Assembly (NCBI GenBank): GCA_032718475.1
Contig: JAUCBJ010007611.1
Location: forward strand, 1-32,515
From: Nemertoderma westbladi
Lineage: Eukaryota > Animalia > Xenacoelomorpha
Length of the DNA: 32,515 bases
Direction of reading: 5' to 3'
Shown here: one piece after another, positions 1 through 11,289 of the stretch
Layout: every line of letters begins with the position of its first letter
Numbering within the stretch: the first letter of the stretch is position 1
Position numbers and translations under genes: made by a program
Notes under the pieces: generated by a model
Told to the model about the DNA's origin: nothing
Database searches by the model: none
The model's input: only the letters and a program-made list of their open reading frames with translations

Positions 1-2531
1 AGTACAGAGTTCTGGATGCTATCTTTGTAATATTCGTTGAAGGGTAACCATTTCATCTCATCTCCATTGAATTTGACGATCTCTCCCACTTTGACCGCTT
101 GGCGGGCTTCTGTTCTAGCCATCTGACGCGTAAAGCTTTCTTGGGCCATCGTGTTATTTAATATCGAATTATCGGTATATAAATTTCTCGGATCATTATC
201 AGGTCTATAGGGAATATCATTAATAACAGGTCTATAATCACCCTTAATAGGGTTTGCTATAGGAGTTTCAACTTCACTAGCAGTATAGATGCGTGTAGGC
301 TCCACACCTTGCGCATGTAATACTTCAGACCTAACAGGCTGACACAATGTTACAGGGGGTATTGGTATGCCCTTTTGTATATTGACTAATTTGTCGCGTT
401 CTAGCGCGATACTTTGCTGCACTTCTTGCAACTCTGCTCTACCTTCCCTCACTGTTCCCTTAAGTTGGTGGACAGTCTCCTGCATCTGTCCCAGCAGGAG
501 ATTCATCCCACGCCGTCCCTCTTCCACCCACTCAACCGCCGAAGCGGGAGTCGCCAACATAGTAGCGGGCTGACGCGGGACGACGGGAGACAAATTTTTA
601 ATTTCTCTCTCTGCTATCTGGACAGGGATATTCTCTTGGACTGTTCCACCGGGTACAGGCAGTGTAGTACTATGTAAAGGGAATTTAGAGTTAAGCTCTG
701 GAAGTACAGGGGTCTCTAACACAGAAGTGACTTTGGGAACGACAGGCCTAATAATCTCAGGCTCATCAACTATTGTAGAGAGTCTTTGAACCTTAATACT
801 TTGGGCTGTAGGTTCTATACTACTCAAGTCTGTGCTAGCTAGCTGTCTTCTAACAGCTGGGGGCAAATCAGGCAATTTGCGACGGTAAGAGGTTTTTCTA
901 CGCCTACTTAGATGAGATCTATTTCCCCCGCCTTCAGGATCGGCAGTATCGCCTTCCTCCGAGGATGTGTATCCCTGGCGCTTGGGAGTAGATTTTCTCA
1001 TCATCTGCATCTGATTAGCAGTAAAATGTTTATTTATACTGTCTTGCGTCTCTTGCAGATTTTCCAACTCTAGTTGGATAATCTCCTCAGACGCTCTCCG
1101 TTCTGCTTCTGCCACTGTTGCCTTTCTTTCGGCTTCCGCCGCTTTTCTTTCTGCTTCTGCTTCTGCCGCTTTTCTTTCGGCTTCTGCTTCTGCCGCTTTT
1201 GCCTTTCTTTCGGCTTCTGCTTCTGCCGCTTTTGCCTTTCTTTCGGCTTCTGCTTCTGCCGCTTTTGCCTTTCTTTCGGCTTCTGCTTCTGCCGCTTTTC
1301 TTTCGGCTTCTGCTTCTTTTCTTTCCGCTTCTGCTTCCGCCGCCGCTGCTGCTGCTACCTTTCTTCTCTCTATCAGTTCTTTCTTTACTTGTTCTTCTCG
1401 GACTCTAGTGAGGCGGAGTTTTTCATCACATTCAGCTTGGTTTGCAGCTAACATTTCGGCATCGATTGAGTCCAACACAAGCTTGGTTCCTTCACTATTA
1501 GGGGAAAGTCCAGACAGCCGTCTCCTCAACTCTTCGTCTCCTAGGAATCGCTGATAGTCGGACAAATAAATGTCGATAGCGTCTCTAGTTCGCGGTTTCT
1601 CAGCGGTCTCTTCGCTTTCCGCTTGAGAAAGGGTGACATCAGTTTGTTCTTCACAGGTTGATCTCTCAGCCAGCTGGGATTTCCACTGGGCCGTTTCCTG
1701 TACTTTGAGATCTACCCGATGTAACCAAGTTTTGACAGCAACCTGCAGCGACGTGTCCTGTCTTCTTTTGGAAGTTTCCTCAAAGGCTGAGAGGATTAGT
1801 CGTATGCGTAGGGTTCTTTCGCGTATTTGATATAGCAGCTCTTCCTGCTCTTGAGGTCCTTGAGGTTGTCGAAACAGTTGTTCTTCCAATCGATCCAAGG
1901 AGCCGAAGAATCCCTGCACATATCCTGCTGCCGACCTCTTCCAAACAGCTGGATCCATTGTATCTTTAGCCACTCCCATCCTGTGTATATCTTCCCAAGT
2001 AGCCTCGGACAGATCCAACGGGAGTCCGAGTCCGGGAAAGTTCCATTGTGATTCAACAATAGATATCAATTCTTCCCTGGCGTATCCCGCGTAATTATCT
2101 TGGGTCGCTTGCTTATTCCTCGCCCAGTCGGCTTGATGTTCCTCCACCGCAATGAATATAGTAGTTAGCACTGCAGCAGGAAGGGTAAGAAGGGGGTCCG
2201 AGTAGACTGTATCAGCCATCTGCACTCCGTGTTCGGGGGTCAGCTCTACAGTATCCGAACTGCTGGAGCTATCGGGTCGCTGGGAAGTATTTTCTTGACC
2301 AAGATGTTGCTGCGATGAGACGACTGCCTCTTGGTTCCGTTTGACCTGTGCCCGAGTGCCTATGATGGACCTATGGTGGACTAGCTTAGGGTCTGATACT
2401 ACTGGAGGGATGACCTTTCTTGCAGTAGGAGGTGAGCTGAACTCCTTTCTTATTCGCTCCACACTCCTATCTGAGTCACAGATAGTTGTATCGATCAGAC
2501 TGTCTGACAGGTTTTGCTGAGTGTCAGACAT
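1..2531 (-). CDS. gag: BEL/Pao LTR retrotransposon Gag(-Pol) N-terminal part; ORF open at window edge
   Basis: Translated by hand from ATG at 2531 (MSDTQQNLSDSLID...) to position 3 with no stop, 843 codons. It ends ...QAVKVGEIVKFNGDEMKWLPFNEYYKDSIQNSV, matching the 'lpkFdGd..eW..F...f...i' start of the DUF1759 Gag domain of BEL/Pao elements. Absent from the ORF track because its stop lies outside the window. Confidence 0.75.
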   Translation of the reverse strand, partial: MSDTQQNLSDSLIDTTICDSDRSVERIRKEFSSPPTARKVIPPVVSDPKLVHHRSIIGTRAQVKRNQEAVVSSQQHLGQENTSQRPDSSSSSDTVELTPEHGVQMADTVYSDPLLTLPAAVLTTIFIAVEEHQADWARNKQATQDNYAGYAREELISIVESQWNFPGLGLPLDLSEATWEDIHRMGVAKDTMDPAVWKRSAAGYVQGFFGSLDRLEEQLFRQPQGPQEQEELLYQIRERTLRIRLILSAFEETSKRRQDTSLQVAVKTWLHRVDLKVQETAQWKSQLAERSTCEEQTDVTLSQAESEETAEKPRTRDAIDIYLSDYQRFLGDEELRRRLSGLSPNSEGTKLVLDSIDAEMLAANQAECDEKLRLTRVREEQVKKELIERRKVAAAAAAEAEAERKEAEAERKAAEAEAERKAKAAEAEAERKAKAAEAEAERKAKAAEAEAERKAAEAEAERKAAEAERKATVAEAERRASEEIIQLELENLQETQDSINKHFTANQMQMMRKSTPKRQGYTSSEEGDTADPEGGGNRSHLSRRRKTSYRRKLPDLPPAVRRQLASTDLSSIEPTAQSIKVQRLSTIVDEPEIIRPVVPKVTSVLETPVLPELNSKFPLHSTTLPVPGGTVQENIPVQIAEREIKNLSPVVPRQPATMLATPASAVEWVEEGRRGMNLLLGQMQETVHQLKGTVREGRAELQEVQQSIALERDKLVNIQKGIPIPPVTLCQPVRSEVLHAQGVEPTRIYTASEVETPIANPIKGDYRPVINDIPYRPDNDPRNLYTDNSILNNTMAQESFTRQMARTEARQAVKVGEIVKFNGDEMKWLPFNEYYKDSIQNSV
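1099..1357 (-). repeat. In-frame 33/27-bp coding minisatellite (AEAEAERKAKA / AEAEAERKA)
   Basis: Plus-strand units such as ttctttcggcttctgcttctgccgcttttgcct; all unit lengths are multiples of 3 and keep the gag frame open. Confidence 0.95.
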
Positions 2532-2666
2532 GTTTAGCTATACAGTTGAATGTCTACTACTATAGTTTCAGTTAAAGCAAGTCTGGTAATTCAGTATGAC
2601 CGCAAGCCTAGCGATTTATTACCGATACCGTTACTCGATGTAACGTGATATATATACAATATATTA

Positions 2667-2910
2667 GAATACCGGTATGCTTATAATATATATAAGTATT
2701 ATTACAGACTAGATTTGTCACAGAGTACCGGTATATAATTTTAGCACAAATATATATATATATAGTAGGCCTATAGTGAATACCGGTATACAGCTTACAC
2801 TTATAGTATATAAGTATAATTATGAACTAGAATTAATTACAGAGTACCGGTATGATTTCAGCTCAAATTTATAGAAATAAATATAATAAGCCTATAGTAA
2901 GTACCGGTAT
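2667..2910. repeat. Diverged ~115-bp tandem repeat rich in TACCGGTA
   Basis: gaataccggtat...actaga...cagagtaccggtat...gcctatagt occurs twice plus the start of a third copy. Confidence 0.7.
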
Positions 2911-3864
2911 GTCAATTATTTTTAGAATAATTGAATTCCTGAATATTTTAGGGTTACTTAGTTACTTTAACTTACTTTATTACCGTTATCCAAGCAGTAG
3001 TTCAACTGATATTGAGACCTAGTTGTTGTATGGCAGGCCTACTATTTATAAATCGTTTGAGTTGATTTATAATAGTTATATACCCGTTTAAAATGGGTTT
3101 TTGTCAATATTTGAAATAAATGTTATTATTTCTGGGGCAGTCACTACACAGAAGCTGAACGCTCTCAGTGAAGTGCTATTTATTTGACACTAAAACTGAT
3201 AATTCTAATTTACCTAAGTTACTTAATACTACAAATTACTTACGATACGGGTGAGATTAATTCTCTAATTAAACACAACAAAATATTACGTACGAAATTT
3301 TTAGGGTAATTTTACAGGAAGTCTACAAACCAGCCTAACAAAGGGTTAGATTTCTGGTTATTACAACGGACAGGGTACTACAGTATTTGAAATAATAAGT
3401 AGTAGTAAATATATTGTACTGTCCAGATAGGAAAATACCACCGCCTGACGACCTATAACCGTATCGCTATAGGTACTACGTTATGTATCACGGATTGTTC
3501 CTACCCAGAAGCTAATAGAGCTAACGAATGTGCCTATCAACCACTTTACAACACAAATATACTGCCTACACTAATTACTTCGGAAAGCACTGTACACTAA
3601 ACCCTAAATTAGGTACAAGTACCGGTATAACAAATAATCAGTAGTTAAATATACTTGAACAGTTAAAAGAACCACGGCATCTGCTGGAGTGACCAGAGCA
3701 CAAAGTCACCAGTCTTGTCCTACGCCAAGCAGCCCGTGTAGTACCGGGGTTAATTTAACTATAACGGTATGTATAACAAACACAATTACTGTAGGAATAA
3801 ACTTGGGGACATGAATGTTGCGAATAATCGCATAAACTCTGAATAATAAATATTACGCTACCCG

Positions 3865-4420
3865 TACAGAATACTCAAACAAAAATACAAACCCAACGCT
3901 GGCAGACTACTATCAAGCCTAAACAAACTACAGTATGTGCAGATTCTGAAACTGTTAGTTAGTATGCGTTCTAACACGGTAGTACGACTTATTCTTTAAG
4001 AGGGGATTGACCTTACAGCATATGGCTGCCCCAACTTACTAACGGCACTTGATCAGACAAACTCTACACACGCAGCAATCCCTTCAGGCCTAAGAATAGC
4101 TAGACAACAATCCAGCCTACAAAATATTTGAGTAATAACTATTACGGTACCTGAACAGACTACACAAACAAACACAGGCCAAAAATGCCGGCAGACCACG
4201 ATCAAGCCTAAATAAACTACAGTATATGCAGATTCTGAAACTGTTAGTTAGTATGCGTTCTAACACGGTAGTACGACTTATTCTTTAAGAGGGGATTGAC
4301 CTTACAGCATATGGCTGCCCCAACTTACTAACGGCACTTGATCAGACAAACTCTACACACGCCGTAATCTCTCCAAACTCAACAACAGTCAGACAGCAGC
4401 TCAGCCTACAATTATCTGAA
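3865..4420. repeat. 289-bp tandem duplication
   Basis: gattctgaaactgttagttag...aaactctacacacgc is identical at ~3942-4073 and ~4231-4362 (offset 289); the flanks are diverged. Confidence 0.9.
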
Positions 4421-4589
4421 CAATCTGAGCAGGGTCACACGCCTTCTGCTCAATATTAGCCTACTAGTAAATAAAACTGACAGAAATAGACCTAAGTAAA
4501 ATCCCAATAAAAAACCAGGCGTCCCCGATTTAATATCGAGACCTACCGGTATACAATAATCAAGATTGAATAATACTAATGTACTTATA

Positions 4590-4718
4590 CAGCAGTACCG
4601 GTTAGGACAGTTGGGCCTACAGACCTACAGAAGTACCGGTTCTGGCAGTTGGACCTACGGACCTACAGCAGTACCGGTTCTGACAGTTGGGCCTACTGAC
4701 CTACAGAAGTACCGGTTC
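4590..4718. repeat. 37-38-bp minisatellite, ~3.4 copies
   Basis: Units cagcagtaccggttctgacagttgggcctactgaccta and variants. Confidence 0.9.
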
Positions 4719-6319
4719 AGGTTTACCGGTCACTACGGTATTTTGCAACCTTATTGCCTACTGCAATAAGATCGTTAACTGTTACTGTTCGCGCTTTTGA
4801 AGACCTTTAGCAGTTTAACCTGCCAAAATTTATATGTCTTTTAGTTAATTGAAACACTTTTAGCATACGACAATATTTTATGCTAATACACAAAACATTA
4901 CCCGAAGTCAGCCCATGCGCGATCATTCACCCGATGGATCTACACCCGGGAGGCTGAATTCGGCTGCTTAAATTTTATTATTGCAGTGTAAGGTTGCAGT
5001 GTAAACCTACTGTATTATTCGATAGATCGTTAATAATTAATTTCTGACAGATATTATTGGCTTTCGGGAAATATTAACAGTTCCTTTAGGACGTGGCGCT
5101 CTATCTATTTAAACAGAACTAGGACTTATACTAAATGCAACGATACTGCTTATGATTAAAGTATAAGGCGCATTCTTTAGGAAATGCTTTGTTACCAATC
5201 ACAATCATGCACACTATTCTGCCGACCGTCAGTAAATTTGATCACACATAAAGAGAGCAGCAATTGACTCATGTAGGGTCTGCTAAATAACATTAGATTC
5301 AATACACACCACATTAATATAAATCGCAATTGTTATGTATAGCCTGTCTCTCTAACCTGTAGTGTATCAAGAAAATTGGGAAATTTGGGTGATTTATCCG
5401 TATTATCCAAAGAGCAATATTTCCATCAACAAATAGATACAATTAATAACTGACGGTAAATAACAGTACAAACAATATGATTAATAGTGAGTTAAGTAAG
5501 TTAAGATTGATTAGTTAAGTGAGGTAACAGTTATACTTTCGATAATTTAAGCAGTTTTACTGGAGTTATTCCCAAAAGCCGGTGTTATGGCGAAAAATGG
5601 GAACATAACAACCGAATCATATGAAGAATCATATGACTAGAATCACTATACGAGTATACCAACTACCCTTATTCCCCGAAGCTCCCGTCCAACACAGAGG
5701 ATGAGCAGTGAGATAGGAATTTCAGTTCAGTAGCTCTGGGATAGGTCGAAATCAATGCCCACTCAAATTCTATTGGCCGATACGGACAGCAAGGCTAAGG
5801 CAACCTCTCTAAGCTAGTTGGCCGATTAAACTGAGCCCAGATATCTCCGTACAGCACATCAGCCAATAAGCTGGTAGCTTGCACTATTTTAGTTATAAAT
5901 CCCTTTGAGAGTATTCTAGCGACTGGGGGGGAACTGGCCAGCAAAGGCAAACGTATCAGTTATCCCACAAAAGCTTTTACATCAGCACTTGCACGGCAAC
6001 AGCACTACCGGCGATACACAGGTTGGAATTTATGTAGAGTTTGCTCAACAGTACAGATATAAAATAGTTATCTAAATTATCTATATTACTATTGACAAGT
6101 ATTGAAATATATACCGTTATTCGTGTTAACAGTATTTGCAACATCTGACATTGAAGAGGTGAGAGAAGATGAATACCGGCACTCAACAAAACCAACGCTT
6201 ATCACAGGTCGGTATGGTTACCTCGAAACCGGCGCGACTGTCCACTCGAATACAACTTCAAAACACAAACGCCAACAATAAACTGAAAGCGAATCGAACG
6301 TCTTCAGAAGAATCTGTCA

Positions 6320-6500
6320 TTGGGACGAAGAAAAGGAAGCCGAAACCACTGGAATGGACCACAGCTAAGATTGAATGCTTCCATTGTCAGAGTTCCTGGA
6401 CCGAAATTGAAACACCAATTGCCGATGGGCTTGATCTCTCAAACCAAAACTTCCTCTGCGGGGTTTGCGCGGCAGTAAAGATTGAAAGTCTGGAAGCTGG
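6320..6500 (+). pseudogene. CxxC...CxxC zinc-finger fragment, possibly the ORF1 N-terminus of a CR1/L2-group LINE
   Basis: GTKKRKPKP...IECFHCQSSW...FLCGVCAAVKIESLEA: basic patch, Cys4 finger and start of a coiled coil, then an abrupt switch into a dispersed repeat. Confidence 0.35.
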
Positions 6501-6559
6501 CATCCCTAGGTATTATTATTATAAAGAGCGTCAGCCTGCGTTTAATAAATATATTTTAA

Positions 6560-6650
6560 TACAAAACAGGTCGAACGCAAAGAGGCTTATAATGAAGACG
6601 AGTACTGCATTGATTATATTCCTATAAACCACCTGGCTTTGCATATTGAA
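6560..6650 (+). repeat. Copy of the ~160-bp repeat family also at 17577-17917 and 18416-18557
   Basis: caaaacaggtcgaacgcaaagaggcttataatgaagacgagtactgc vs caaaacaggacgagcgcaacgaggcttttaatgaagacgagtactgc. Confidence 0.8.
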
Positions 6651-7140
6651 CGTGCGTTTGGAAATAAGTTCGTGCTACCCTTCCGTGGGTGGTAGATGTC
6701 GCAGTTATGTATTGGTGGGTGGGAATGGAGGGAGGGGGGGGGGGGGGTGCAGATTAAAAGGGGTGAACACGTACTGTCCCCCTTTCTTTGATTAATTGGT
6801 GGTGTGGGTTAATCTCTCATAACCTGATTTTGTGATACAGTCGCACAATTTTAATTTGTATCTCATAACTGGGCCTCGTGCTGCGCGAAGGCCCCACGAA
6901 CGTGTAGTTTATGTATGATAAGTATTTAGAATAAAATAAGGACTTCGTACGCTGCATAGCGGAGAATAGTTTTAGTTATTTACACTTAGGAAATACAGAA
7001 ATATCTTTGGACAAATTTACACTAGGTGGTTATCTAAAAAATAGCGGGTTTGCAAGTCTACAGTAGTTGCAAGCGTAGCGAGCAGTAATATAGCTGATTA
7101 CAGTCAGCGCTAAGGGTACCAGAGTTTAGGTAAATAATTT

Positions 7141-7150
7141 CTCCCCTTTT
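7141..7150 (-). promoter_or_regulatory. Candidate polypurine tract of the Gypsy element
   Basis: Minus strand AAAAGGGGAG, ~470 nt downstream of the IDRLKP integrase end. Confidence 0.45.
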
Positions 7151-7622
7151 GCATTATTAAATATTCTCACATTCAACATTTGTCCGCCTGACGAACTGCT
7201 TTATTTCTCTGTGAAGGGTGAACAATTGGAGTGTTAAGTCACCAACACTCGTATTAAGTAGCTTGGGAAGCCAAATCAGATTTATTGTTTTGGTTGTTTC
7301 TGTTTCGGCTTGTGTTTAGGGCAATTAGCTTGGTATGTTATAGTTTGATTAACCTCATTGTTTCATTCGAAAATACGAACATATCAAAAGGAAGAATCCC
7401 CTTTGAGATTTCTTTAACATAAGAATTAAGGAGGTTTAAAGTGAACAACTTTCTTTCCACTTCTTGTTGAAATCGTATTGTATGAGTTTGCTTGGGGTTG
7501 TGATTTAATGTTACAACTAACTGGTTTGGTTGATTCCTGTTGAGTTTGTTGTGTGGGAATCGGAGGATGTTGTGTTTGGGGAATTTTTTCTATTTTTTAT
7601 TGAGGTCGGCGGTATGAGGTAG

Positions 7623-10600
7623 TAGTCCGGCAGCCACAATGGTATACCGAAAATTTTTGGACGGATTCAATTGTTTTGATGTTTTGAGTTCTATAGGTCC
7701 CACTTAATGAGGAAATGGCGATTATAACATTTTTGACTTTGGGCATTTTGAAATAACGACCTAGTTGCTAAGGACCACGTAATTCTCATTTAAAGCATAG
7801 CAACTGCAAACAACATGTCATAATGGATTGAAACTTCTACAAAGTCAATATAGTTTATTTACGAAATAATGTCAATCTTTTTTGTCTGATTTTTAGATCC
7901 TGTTGCTATGGAGACGGCATTCAAGTTTAGTGTTGCGATTTCAAACGCCTTTAATTATACAATTAGTTACAAAATATGCACCAAAGTTAGATAAATTATG
8001 TTTATTTTATTAGCGTGGCCTTTCTGTAACTTTAGACAAGGTTAAGAATCTAAATTGGGCTGATATTTATGTCCTAACCTGACATGTTTGAGTGTTAACA
8101 TAATTATTAAAGACAACAAATTTCAGCGATTATAACATTTAGGTAATGTTTCTACGGTAACTATATTTGTTATTTCCAGTTTAGCTCCTTTCTACTGTAC
8201 TGTGCATCTTATCTTATTGTACCCGTATTCATAAATCGATACCGTAAGGGATAGTACAGATAAAGTGCATAAGTACCTTAGCAAACAAAGTAAATTAGAG
8301 TGGATTCTACTGTACAGTATAGTATGTTCCTGTGTTCCAACGTACGATATATATAATAATATTTATAATATACCAAATTTTGAGTTGGGTAATACAGTAC
8401 TTTTTCTTGGGTGACCATTTCGATAAGGGGAATTGGGTTTGGAATTCATAACTAATGATGATCATTAGTTATGATTATTAGTTATTGATCATTAGTTAAG
8501 CCTACGATTACTCACATTTAGTGTTTTCTTCATGGAATAGCTAATGAGTTTCCAGGTCTCTGCATTTAAATGGGACTTGTTCTATAGAAAATTGCTATAC
8601 TCGTAGTTTCTGATATGTAATTTTTTTTCATTGACATGAAAATGTCATTAGCTGGTACTAGAAAATTGACATACTGTAGTTGACATATTATACGGTGAGT
8701 CGAATTGTTCATTTATGTCATCGGTATGTTTTTTTAATGTTTTTTTAAATGTTTTTTTAATAATTAAAATGTACTGTATGGTTGCGTAGTTCTCTAGAAA
8801 TATAACAGTTGATGATAGCTAATCGAATTAGGAAACCTAGCAATTACTGTAAAAAATTCTAAAGTGACTAGTTCGAACATTCATATGATATTATGGGGGC
8901 CACCTGGAAAAAACAGTAACTATTGTATCTGGTAAAAAAAATAGCTACTAAAATCTCAAAACTTGATCATATTTAAAAGTCAATCGATAAAAATTTGTTA
9001 ACGGGCCGGTAACTACATAGTTAACGGGTCAGGACTAGAGTCATCCGACTCCCTTACAGGTTGACAGGAGTTTACCTAAGTAATGCCAAGCAAACTACTG
9101 TATAAACGAATTTAAGTTCCATGAATTGTAAGAAATCCACGCATTCACTAGCTATGCTAATAACCCAACCAAACAGGAATATTAGACCTACCTTATCACA
9201 TGTGGATGAAGCGGATCATTCTATACTGAGATTGACCAAAAAGGAAATGTCAAAAGAACTAGAGTGACATAGATATCAAGAGTTATACTGGTTATAGAGT
9301 TATACTATTATTATTTCAAATGCGGTAATGCCTTTCCATTAAAATTTTGGCGGGGTCTGCTATTGGTCTACATTGAGCTAAATGTATTGACCATGAGTTC
9401 CTCAAAGATGTCACATGTAATTTGGTATTTTCCTGTTCAATACGGTGGACTTACATTAGGGGGGGATGCATACATTAATGAGTTTCATTGGATCAATGCA
9501 ATAGGAAGTTTAATGGTTGAAACCAGCCTCTCTGAAGTGTATCGTGTGTATTTTGGCGGTGTTTCGAAGATGTTATCGGGGAAAAAGTTTCCACAGAACA
9601 TGCGCGCTATGCGCATTTTCGCAGATAAATATTCTGTATTTGTTCTATTATTACATTTTTATCTGAGGGAAAGAACAGGTATAACCAATTCAATTTTCAT
9701 AAAATCCCCATTAAAAAACCGTACCGCAGTAATAGACGTGGGCGATACAGTAAAAATGCATCGTGGTATCATAGGAAATCTTTTGGGAGGCCATGCATTA
9801 TCTGGGTGTGAAACGGTTGCGAGTATGTTTGGGATTGGCAAAGCGAAAGTCATCAAGGCTTTGGAGAAAGGACTCACTCTTACTTGTTTGGGAGATATGG
9901 AAGCACCGCAATCTACAGTCTTAATGGAATGTACTAACTTTATAACTGACAGGCGTGACTGCTATGGATATGACTCAGACACCATGACCCAGTCACGACA
10001 AAAGGTGTGCACAGAAAAAAACAATTTCCAGCTGTGCAAAGCTGCAAACAATACCACCAACCACTGACTCCTTCTCAGAGAACGTGAAAAGAGCCCATTT
10101 GCAAGTAAAGATGTGGAAGAACTCAATGGAAATTAGACCCCCTAGTGTAGACCCCAGAGAATATGGGTGGAGAATAGCTAACAATCAACTTTTCCCGATT
10201 GCAATCCCTGAGGGCATACCACCAGCTCCGGATTGCATTTTGCAATTAATTCGGTGTAACTGTTAATCCAAAATCCAATGTAAATCGCAGAAGTGCACCT
10301 GCAGAAAAAACCAACATGATTGCACAGAATTGTGCAACTGCAATAAAGATTCATGCGCAAACTTTTCGTAATCTCATATTGTATTATAACCAAACAATGA
10401 ATAATATAAAATGCATAGTCTCCATGTTCGCCATGCATTAAATAAATGTTGTATATTTAGCATTAAAAAGGTGTTATAAACAAGCGAGTCAATGGCGCGA
10501 AATGACCGCAAACACAAAATAAATTTTAGTGGGTTTTAAAAATTGGTTTAATTTAATTAAAAACATTAAGGGAAACGAGAAGGTTACAGTGGCGATGTTT

Positions 10601-11264
10601 TCTAACCAAAACAATAAACTATGCATTATTTCACTTGCGGTCAATTAGCGCTGAAGATCACTATTTTCACTTGCGGTCAAAGTGCGCCACTATCTGAAAC
10701 AAGCAGGAAACAAATTACTTATATATACATTTTAAAGTAATAATTTTTTGTCAAGGTTTTAAATGCTTCAGATGTGATGTCCGCAATAAATTACTGAGGT
10801 TTCCATGAATACGGGTATTTGTTGCTAAACATATTTCTACACAAAATTGATGTGGTGCATATTATTTCGGGAAACATATTATTAATATAAAGTGCACAGA
10901 CGAAACAAAAAACACATGAGTGTCAGTAGGCATAGTAGTTTTTCCTTGGAAAGATAGAGCGATAGTTGTAGTGCCTTCGTTACCATAGCAACACTTTAAT
11001 AGTTTCTCTAAAATTTTCATATTTTCGATCAAAATTACCACCAGTTCAAGCCCACCAGTTAATCGCCATTCTGATTGCTAAGCTTTCAAAGAAATTGCTG
11101 TAGTCCATAGAAACGGGTCATTAATTCAAATTGGCCAAGGTGTCAAAGTCCATAAATCACTTTTTTATGTTAAGAGGGACCCCTAGACACCAAAACATCC
11201 AAAAAATGTAATCCGTCCAAAAATTTTCGGTTGGGCCAAAAAGAGGTACGTGGCTGCCGGACTA
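7623..11264 (+). mobile_element. Academ (AcademX-type) DNA transposon, internally deleted
   Basis: Perfect 15-bp TIR TAGTCCGGCAGCCAC (7623-7637 / 11250-11264) extending as a ~170-bp imperfect IR (ccgaaaatttttggacggatt...). 3-bp TSD TAG at 7620-7622 and 11265-11267. TAG..CTA termini and 3-bp TSDs are typical of Academ. Confidence 0.85.
9450..10350 (+). pseudogene. Academ transposase remnant: transposase motif + XPG/H3TH-like segment + Cys-rich (CXC) tail
   Basis: LGGMHTLMSFIG..IGSLM..MLSGKKFPQNMRAMR; HALSGCETVASMFGIGK; PPTTDSFSENVKRAHLQVKMW..DPREYGW..PAPDCILQLIRCNC followed by further Cys. Frameshifts and stops are present and a large internal deletion lies at ~9620-9700. Confidence 0.8.
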
Positions 11265-11289
11265 TAGGGTTTCAAACGATCTATTGATA

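Noticed and set aside
367-2059. Short ORFs, including the Phe/Cys- and Leu-rich 1074-1451 and 1118-1408
   Set aside because: Antisense or alternative-frame shadows of the long minus-strand gag ORF.
4590-4718. CRISPR-like 38-bp periodicity
   Set aside because: Whole units repeat with no unique spacers; eukaryotic context and no cas genes.
5170-5192. gcattctttaggaaatgc resembling the Helitron 3' hairpin
   Set aside because: No CTAG end or subTIR; too short to separate from chance.
6169-6627. 152-aa ORF as a real gene
   Set aside because: Chimeric: non-coding-looking start, a zinc-finger fragment, then a dispersed repeat.
6660-7140. Expected 3' LTR of the Gypsy element
   Set aside because: No visible similarity to the sequence beyond 16277 and no TG start after the PPT.
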